Virus record (IMG/VR): IMGVR_UViG_3300037485_001078
Span: 1-63,198 of that record
Reading direction: 5' to 3' (one strand)
DNA: 63,198 bases
Origin: a virus
Taxonomy: Duplodnaviria > Caudoviricetes
The first letter of the stretch is position 1, and each line of letters starts with the position of its first letter. Positions 57,831 to 63,198 of this stretch are shown in pieces. A program made the translations under genes and the position numbers. The notes beneath the pieces are model-generated. The model made no database searches and had not been told where the DNA came from. It worked only from the letters and a program-made list of their open reading frames with translations.

Positions 57831-58130
57831 ATGAGCGACGAATTTATACAAGCCATCAACGACGCGATCGAAGAGATCACGGGCGGGACGGCTATCAATT
57901 TCCCAGAAACAGTGGATCAGAACGACCCCGCGACAAGGCGTCAGATCGCAGAGCTAATCTGCAGCAATCCTGAGCGGTACAAGGTGTGCTGCGGCTGCGA
58001 AGCGGTCATCCGAGAGCCAGCCCCAGTCTGTCCTCAGTGCAGCGCGTATCGGTTCGAGACCGACGCCAGCGTCATCAGGGAGCAGGCACTTCTCTTGGCA
58101 GATCGTTTGCCAACAACTTGGTTAAATTAA
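57831..58130 (+). CDS. hypothetical Zn-ribbon protein
   Basis: CCGC...CPQC. Confidence 0.65.
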   Translation: MSDEFIQAINDAIEEITGGTAINFPETVDQNDPATRRQIAELICSNPERYKVCCGCEAVIREPAPVCPQCSAYRFETDASVIREQALLLADRLPTTWLN

Positions 58131-58304
58131 TGAACTGGATCATCAGAAAACCAATTTGGGGATCTTTAGAAGATCCAGTACTCGATCCATTGAAAATTGA
58201 CTTGGGTCTGGGGCTGCATAACGGAGCCTTAATTCTAGTTACTGGAAACAGGGATACGGAGTCGATAGACTGCTGGGCCACAACAAACAAACAAACACAT
58301 CACC

Positions 58305-58577
58305 ATGAGTAATCGAGTTGACGAAATTTTAAAGGAGCTTGGTCTCCCCATAAACAAAGCGTACCGACCGCCTGAGCCTGAGCGCGAGAAGCGCGAACGC
58401 GGCCCCTGCGGCAAGGTAGCGTTTTCATCGGAGGGATCCGCCAAGAAAGGAGCTCGATCGCTGCTGCGTAGTGGCAGGACAAATACTTCTTTCCTGCGGA
58501 CGTACTTCTGCGATACATGCAAGGCTTGGCACATGTCTTCGAGCTACTTCGGAGAGTTTGCCAAACCAACAAAATGA
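58305..58577 (+). CDS. hypothetical Zn-finger protein
   Basis: CGKVAF...Y.CDTCKAWH. Confidence 0.7.
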   Translation: MSNRVDEILKELGLPINKAYRPPEPEREKRERGPCGKVAFSSEGSAKKGARSLLRSGRTNTSFLRTYFCDTCKAWHMSSSYFGEFAKPTK

Positions 58578-58933
58578 TTATGATCACACCATCGCAGCAG
58601 GATAAGATCGACGAGATCTTGGACGAGTTTGACTTCCCCCGCGTTCACATGGTCATGGAGCACCTCGAATGGAAGTGGTCTACAATAGCTGGGGTTCCAT
58701 CGATAGGAGACCTACGCAGGGCCGCTAGGAACCACCTAAACGCGCTTGCACTGCGTCGCGCTACGTCTGGGCCATGGGAGCACAATACCATGACTGGCGG
58801 GCTTTCTGCGAGCCGCTGGGGCAATACTGACGAGTTCGGGCCATGGGAAAACTTTGGTTTGGAGTTCGTGCTGGAGCACTGGAGGACTGAGGAGCCAGAG
58901 GGAAAGCAGAACGATTTCAGTAGGAAGGAATGA
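58574..58933 (+). CDS. conserved phage hypothetical protein
   Basis: IDEILDEFDF.RVH.VM..L.WKW; ATGA overlaps. Confidence 0.7.
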   Translation: MIMITPSQQDKIDEILDEFDFPRVHMVMEHLEWKWSTIAGVPSIGDLRRAARNHLNALALRRATSGPWEHNTMTGGLSASRWGNTDEFGPWENFGLEFVLEHWRTEEPEGKQNDFSRKE

Positions 58934-59418
58934 TCGTCTCACTAACTCAGATGGAAGTCGCCGTGGCCACCATGGTGGGATCGTACCGAAACGCAGAATC
59001 CAATTTCAGCGGGCGCAAACCTCGGTTTCCCGAAAAGACAAGCGGGGAACTGTGGGGGTTCCACATAGAATCGGCGCTGGCCGAGCTGGCTGTTTCCAAG
59101 GCCCTCGGTATCTACTGGGGATTCTCGGTGAACACGTTTCACGTGCCTGACATTGCGAACACGAATATTGAGGTGAGATGGTCAACGTCTCCGAGGCTTA
59201 AAATTCGACCAGATGATCCCGACGCCAGAATCATGGTTTCGGTTCGCGGTTCGTGTCACGAAAAAGAGATCATGGGCTGGTGCTACGCGAGGGAAGGAAA
59301 ATTAAAAGACAACAGGTCAGGATCTGAGCCGCCGTGCTACTTCCACGACCACGAAGACCTCTCTCCAATAAATTCACTGACCCCCGATATTTATTTGTTG
59401 ACTCCCAAATCCGATTAG
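58930..59418 (+). CDS. hypothetical protein, possible PD-(D/E)XK-like fold
   Basis: AELAV...PDI...IEVR. Confidence 0.6.
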   Translation: MIVSLTQMEVAVATMVGSYRNAESNFSGRKPRFPEKTSGELWGFHIESALAELAVSKALGIYWGFSVNTFHVPDIANTNIEVRWSTSPRLKIRPDDPDARIMVSVRGSCHEKEIMGWCYAREGKLKDNRSGSEPPCYFHDHEDLSPINSLTPDIYLLTPKSD

Positions 59419-59482
59419 AATTAATGTCCTCGCCTATGAGGAAATTATTCATCGGTTTATGCAACGCCCAAGAATCTCTCGT

Positions 59483-59962
59483 ATGATCTACGGAATCGAC
59501 CCCGGCAAGGGCGGAGCAATCGTTATGTTGAACAACGATGCCACCATAAAAGCCATCGACCCCATGCCGCTGGAAGACGCCGATCTCGGCGCATACCTGA
59601 GCATGATCGTGGACGACTCGAAGCTCGCTGACGTGTGGGTCGAGCGCGTGCCCAAGTACGCGGGCAAGAACCAGTCAGGATCTTCCGTAGCAACTTTGTT
59701 TTCCAACTACCGATACATCGTCGGATACCTCGAAGGCCGAGGAGTAGTAGTCAATCAAGTCATCCCACAAGTGTGGATGAAGCCGTACCGCCTAATCACC
59801 CCCAAGTGGCAGGTTCTCACGTACCCCCAGAGGAAAAAGACTTTGCACGAGCTCGCGCTCGCTGAGTTTTTTACCGAAAAGAGAACCTTGCCACGATGGG
59901 CTGCGGACGCCGCTCTAATCGCTTTGCACGGGCATACCGCCTGTGCTCTAACCACAAAATAA
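59483..59962 (+). CDS. RuvC-like Holliday junction resolvase
   Basis: IYGIDPG..G, WVE, P..W and ADAALIA motifs. Confidence 0.8.
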   Translation: MIYGIDPGKGGAIVMLNNDATIKAIDPMPLEDADLGAYLSMIVDDSKLADVWVERVPKYAGKNQSGSSVATLFSNYRYIVGYLEGRGVVVNQVIPQVWMKPYRLITPKWQVLTYPQRKKTLHELALAEFFTEKRTLPRWAADAALIALHGHTACALTTK

Positions 59963-59968
59963 AATACC

Positions 59969-60154
59969 ATGGCAAAAGCAAACGTATCATTGAAAGTCGG
60001 GTCTCCAGAGATCCGCGTCCCTCTTGACGCCGTCAAGAAGCCAAAGTCCTCCATGATGGAAGTTATGGGCACAAAGAAAAACCCGACATTCACGAATGAG
60101 GCTTCTATGCCCAAGAACAAGAAGATGAAGCTACCAAAAAGGGCCAAACGCTAA
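59969..60154 (+). CDS. small basic protein
   Basis: ATACCATG start; Lys-rich. Confidence 0.55.
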   Translation: MAKANVSLKVGSPEIRVPLDAVKKPKSSMMEVMGTKKNPTFTNEASMPKNKKMKLPKRAKR

Positions 60155-60250
60155 TGGAACCTGTACCAGATTGGGCCGACGCTTTTATCCTGTTCTCAGC
60201 ACTAGCGTTTTCCGCCTTCATGATCTAACACAATAACCGCCGATAATTTT

Positions 60251-60607
60251 ATGTCAGAAAACACAACACCAGAAAACGTGGTGCCCTTCGTTGTGGCACC
60301 AGAAACCCCAGTCGTAGAAGTCCCTTTGGATTCTTCGGACTCCGAGCCGAGCCAACAGCTTGCATCGGATGTTTCAGAGACCCCTGCTGCCGCACCAACA
60401 GGAGTGCCAGCACCGAACGAGGCGAACACGATTGATCTCGCAACCATCACGCACGAAGACGTTATCCAGCGCCTCATCGATGTGAACAAGCGCCTCACCT
60501 ACGAGTTGCTCATTGGGCTCAAGCTGCACGAGCACATCAGCGTTCGTGATAACCCAGAGCTAGCTGCTCAGGCCGAAGCTAATGCCGTTGGCACGAGCGA
60601 AGAATAA
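60251..60607 (+). CDS. acidic hypothetical protein
   Basis: ORF track. Confidence 0.6.
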   Translation: MSENTTPENVVPFVVAPETPVVEVPLDSSDSEPSQQLASDVSETPAAAPTGVPAPNEANTIDLATITHEDVIQRLIDVNKRLTYELLIGLKLHEHISVRDNPELAAQAEANAVGTSEE

Positions 60608-60759
60608 GTTCTTGCCAGTATTTGAGACTCTCTCCCGCCGCAAGTGGGAGGGAGTTCCTCAAAGTGCGAACAAGATTTTAAAGTCTCCAGAGACCAACAA
60701 AACAAAACCTAAATTAACCCCAAGAGAAATATTCTCTTAGGACACAACGAAGAAAACCC

Positions 60760-61389
60760 ATGACAACAGGAATGACTTTTGAACCACTGGTAGAAATTTC
60801 CCGACTTAGGGAAAAGGTATTGCGCCTAGAGCGACTACTCAAACAGCCGAAACTTATCGGCCTGATTGGATGCGCTGGATCTGGGAAATCGACCGTCGCA
60901 AACATTATCGAGAGCGACTACGCGTTCTCAAAACTTCGATTCGCAAACGGAATAAAATCAATGCTTCGTGCCCTGCTATTTGAGTCGGGCATCGATCACG
61001 GGAGAATTCACGAGATGCTAGAGGGATCTCTGAAAGAGACCTCCTGCGACGAGCTATCGGGGAAGAGCCCTCGGTACTGCATGCAAACGCTAGGAACTGA
61101 GTGGGGGAGAGAGTTCATCTCTCAGAACTTCTGGGTAGACCTCACGATGCACGCGGTGGACAACTTGCTGGCCGCATCCCAGTCGGTAGTTATCGACGAC
61201 GTGAGGTTTCCGAACGAGGTCAACGCTATTAAAAATTCTGGCGGAAAGATATTCCGTATCATGCGAGATCAAGACGCGATACCAGAAGCTGGGCACAAGA
61301 GCGAGGGACAAATACTAGAATTTGACGCGTGCATCCTCAACACTGGATCAATTGCGGATCTTGAAAATCAGATCGCAAAGTTAATATGA
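60760..61389 (+). CDS. deoxynucleoside monophosphate kinase
   Basis: GCAGSGKS, R..MQTLGTEWGR, DDVRFPNE and H.SE motifs. Confidence 0.88.
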   Translation: MTTGMTFEPLVEISRLREKVLRLERLLKQPKLIGLIGCAGSGKSTVANIIESDYAFSKLRFANGIKSMLRALLFESGIDHGRIHEMLEGSLKETSCDELSGKSPRYCMQTLGTEWGREFISQNFWVDLTMHAVDNLLAASQSVVIDDVRFPNEVNAIKNSGGKIFRIMRDQDAIPEAGHKSEGQILEFDACILNTGSIADLENQIAKLI

Positions 61390-61556
61390 GCGAAGCGATA
61401 AAATCAAACGAGTTCGGGCACGGGGCTGGCAAGGGCGACGAAGAGCGTCCAGTAAACCGAATTCGATACCGCAAGAACTACGAAGCCATAAAGCTGTTGG
61501 GAGTCAAGGGAACACCCAGCAAAAAGAAGGGTGGAAAGACTACCTACAAGTACTAG
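61386..61556 (+). CDS. small conserved phage protein (56 aa)
   Basis: GAGKGD..RP...Y..NY..I; ATGA overlap. Confidence 0.6.
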   Translation: MSEAIKSNEFGHGAGKGDEERPVNRIRYRKNYEAIKLLGVKGTPSKKKGGKTTYKY

Positions 61557-61557
61557 C

Positions 61558-62904
61558 GTGATTACTCTCCGTGAGTATCAGGTAAAAGCCGTAGATGTAC
61601 TATCCAAGTCGATAGCTGACAACGGCGTCGCGGTAGACCTGTCCGATACGGGTCTCGGAAAGACGATGCACAGCCTCGGAACTATCCAACGATTTGGATC
61701 CGAGATCGAGTTCATCGTGATTTGCCGAGCCGTATCCCGGCACAAGTGGGAAAAAGCAGTTCGAGACTTCGGACTTCAGGATCGGTGCATCGCTGTGGAC
61801 AGCTACCAGAAGTTCACAAGCGGTCGTCACTACAAGGAGCACGTTACGAAAATAAAGGGACGCGGAGTCAAGTACGTGTGGGCCGATCGAGAAGTTCCGA
61901 TGATCGTTATCTTCGACGAGTGTCAGGACGCGGGCGGTCTCACAAGCCTGAATAGCCAGCTTCTAATCGGCTGTGGGGAGTGCGGCGGGACGTTCCCGCT
62001 ATGCCTAAGCGCGACGGTCGCTGACAGCCCTCTGAAGCTCAAGGCGCTGGGATTCTTAACGGGCATGCACGACGTGAAGAACTACTACCAGTGGTGCCTG
62101 CAGAACGGCTGCGGAAAGAGCCCCTTCGGGTTCAACAATTTGTATTTCAGAAACTCCGACCGAAAAACAGTAGTCGGAAAGTTGCACCAGCACCTCAAGC
62201 GGTACGGCGTGCGTGTGAAGCGCGAGGAGGTCATGGAGTACATGCCCGAAGAGACGATCGAGGTGGAGCTCTGGGACGTCGGGAGCAGACCAAAGTCTGG
62301 AGTCGTGGCCGACGCGCTGGAGAATCTGGAGCGGACGCGTGACGAGGATCTTGTGCGCCACGAGGAGGCGGTTCCCGGGGCCGTGGAGACCATGCGCAAT
62401 CGTCAGGAGGCGGAACTGCTAAAACTACCAGCGCTGGCACGTGAGATCGTTGCAGCTGCCGAGGACGGCCTCTACGTGCCAGTGTTCCTTAACTTCGTAA
62501 ACTCGATCGACGCGCTCGTCTCGCTACTAGCTGGAGATGGGATCACTGCGGGAGTCTTCGATGGTCGTGATACAAAGAACCGCGACCAAACTCTTCAGGA
62601 CTTCATGGACGCAAAGCTGCGGTGCATCATTCTTCAGTCTCAGGCTGGATCAGCGGCAATCGATTTGCACGACACCGTGGGAGGACGTCCACGATGCACA
62701 TTTGTTTGTCCGACTTATCAAGCGGAGACCATGCTCCAGATGCTGGGACGTGCCACGCGTTTCGGTGCCAAGTCTCCAGTGCTTCAGCGCATCTGCTTCG
62801 CCGAAGGAACGATCGAGGAGCGCGTGTACCGCGTCGCCGAAACGAAGTGCGAGAACATACGAGCGATGAACGACGGGGAGTGGGCCAACGCTTTTGGCAA
62901 TTGA
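61558..62904 (+). CDS. superfamily 2 (SNF2-like) helicase
   Basis: LREYQ, DTGLGKT, FDECQ, SAT and Q..GR..R motifs. Confidence 0.85.
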   Translation: MITLREYQVKAVDVLSKSIADNGVAVDLSDTGLGKTMHSLGTIQRFGSEIEFIVICRAVSRHKWEKAVRDFGLQDRCIAVDSYQKFTSGRHYKEHVTKIKGRGVKYVWADREVPMIVIFDECQDAGGLTSLNSQLLIGCGECGGTFPLCLSATVADSPLKLKALGFLTGMHDVKNYYQWCLQNGCGKSPFGFNNLYFRNSDRKTVVGKLHQHLKRYGVRVKREEVMEYMPEETIEVELWDVGSRPKSGVVADALENLERTRDEDLVRHEEAVPGAVETMRNRQEAELLKLPALAREIVAAAEDGLYVPVFLNFVNSIDALVSLLAGDGITAGVFDGRDTKNRDQTLQDFMDAKLRCIILQSQAGSAAIDLHDTVGGRPRCTFVCPTYQAETMLQMLGRATRFGAKSPVLQRICFAEGTIEERVYRVAETKCENIRAMNDGEWANAFGN

Positions 62905-62935
62905 CTCTATCGACAATAAAAATATATTTGTCCCT

Positions 62936-63198
62936 ATGGCAGTTACTAAAAGAACCAATCCTGTAAATACTGTTGTTAAACCGGGCGGTGGCGTTACTAC
63001 CTACCTGACCAACCCTACAGGCCCGAGAACTAATCCTGTAAATTCTGTTGTTAAACCAAGCGGTGGCGTTTCTACCTACCTGACCAACCCTACAGGCCCG
63101 AGAACTAATCCTGTAAATTCTGTTGTTAAACCAAGCGGTGGCGTTTCTACCTACCTGACCAACCCTACAGGCCCGAGAACTAATCCTGTAAATTCTGT
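62936..63198 (+). CDS. 5' part of origin-spanning repeat protein
   Basis: TTGACT-16-TATATT, then ATG 62936 MAVTKRTNPVNTVVKPGGGV..., open to the window end. Confidence 0.65.
   Translation, partial: MAVTKRTNPVNTVVKPGGGVTTYLTNPTGPRTNPVNSVVKPSGGVSTYLTNPTGPRTNPVNSVVKPSGGVSTYLTNPTGPRTNPVNS
62951..63198 (+). repeat. 75-bp tandem repeat; last 55 nt equal the first 55 nt of the window
   Basis: Units start at 62994, 63069 and 63144, with a diverged partial copy upstream. Confidence 0.95.

Noticed and set aside
63144-63198. Biological terminal repeat
   Set aside because: A 55-nt exact overlap inside a tandem repeat is better explained as an assembler k-mer overlap.

Overview
Apparently complete, circular ~63.1 kb tailed dsDNA phage genome. 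The first and last 55 nt are identical and the join falls inside a 75-bp tandem repeat. All credible genes are on the + strand. The architecture is podovirus-like: portal, capsid, tubular tail/nozzle and large internal virion proteins, with no tape measure or sheath seen. Modules in order: replication (Cas4-like nuclease, putative SSB, intein-containing PolA, deaminase, primase-helicase; plus RuvC-like resolvase, dNMP kinase and SF2 helicase near the end); an array of small early genes (8-13 kb); a 1.1-kb non-coding ori/pac-like region; terminase, 2 tRNAs, portal and scaffold; a glycosyl/methyltransferase cluster; capsid, lysis and tail genes; a 2877-aa polyvalent virion protein; an Erv1/Alr-like oxidase; and a second early cluster. 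No integrase was recognised. Highlights: (1) a PolA intein whose HNH endonuclease is overprinted in the +1 frame; (2) a phage Erv1/Alr-like sulfhydryl oxidase alongside Cys-rich virion proteins; (3) small +1-frame ORFs embedded beside the enzymatic domains of the polyvalent protein; (4) a non-coding array of HipB-operator-like palindromes; (5) an RNAP alpha-CTD homologue broken by an A9 tract; (6) an origin-spanning 25-aa-repeat ORF missed by the ORF track. All family calls are by eye from motifs; no searches were run.
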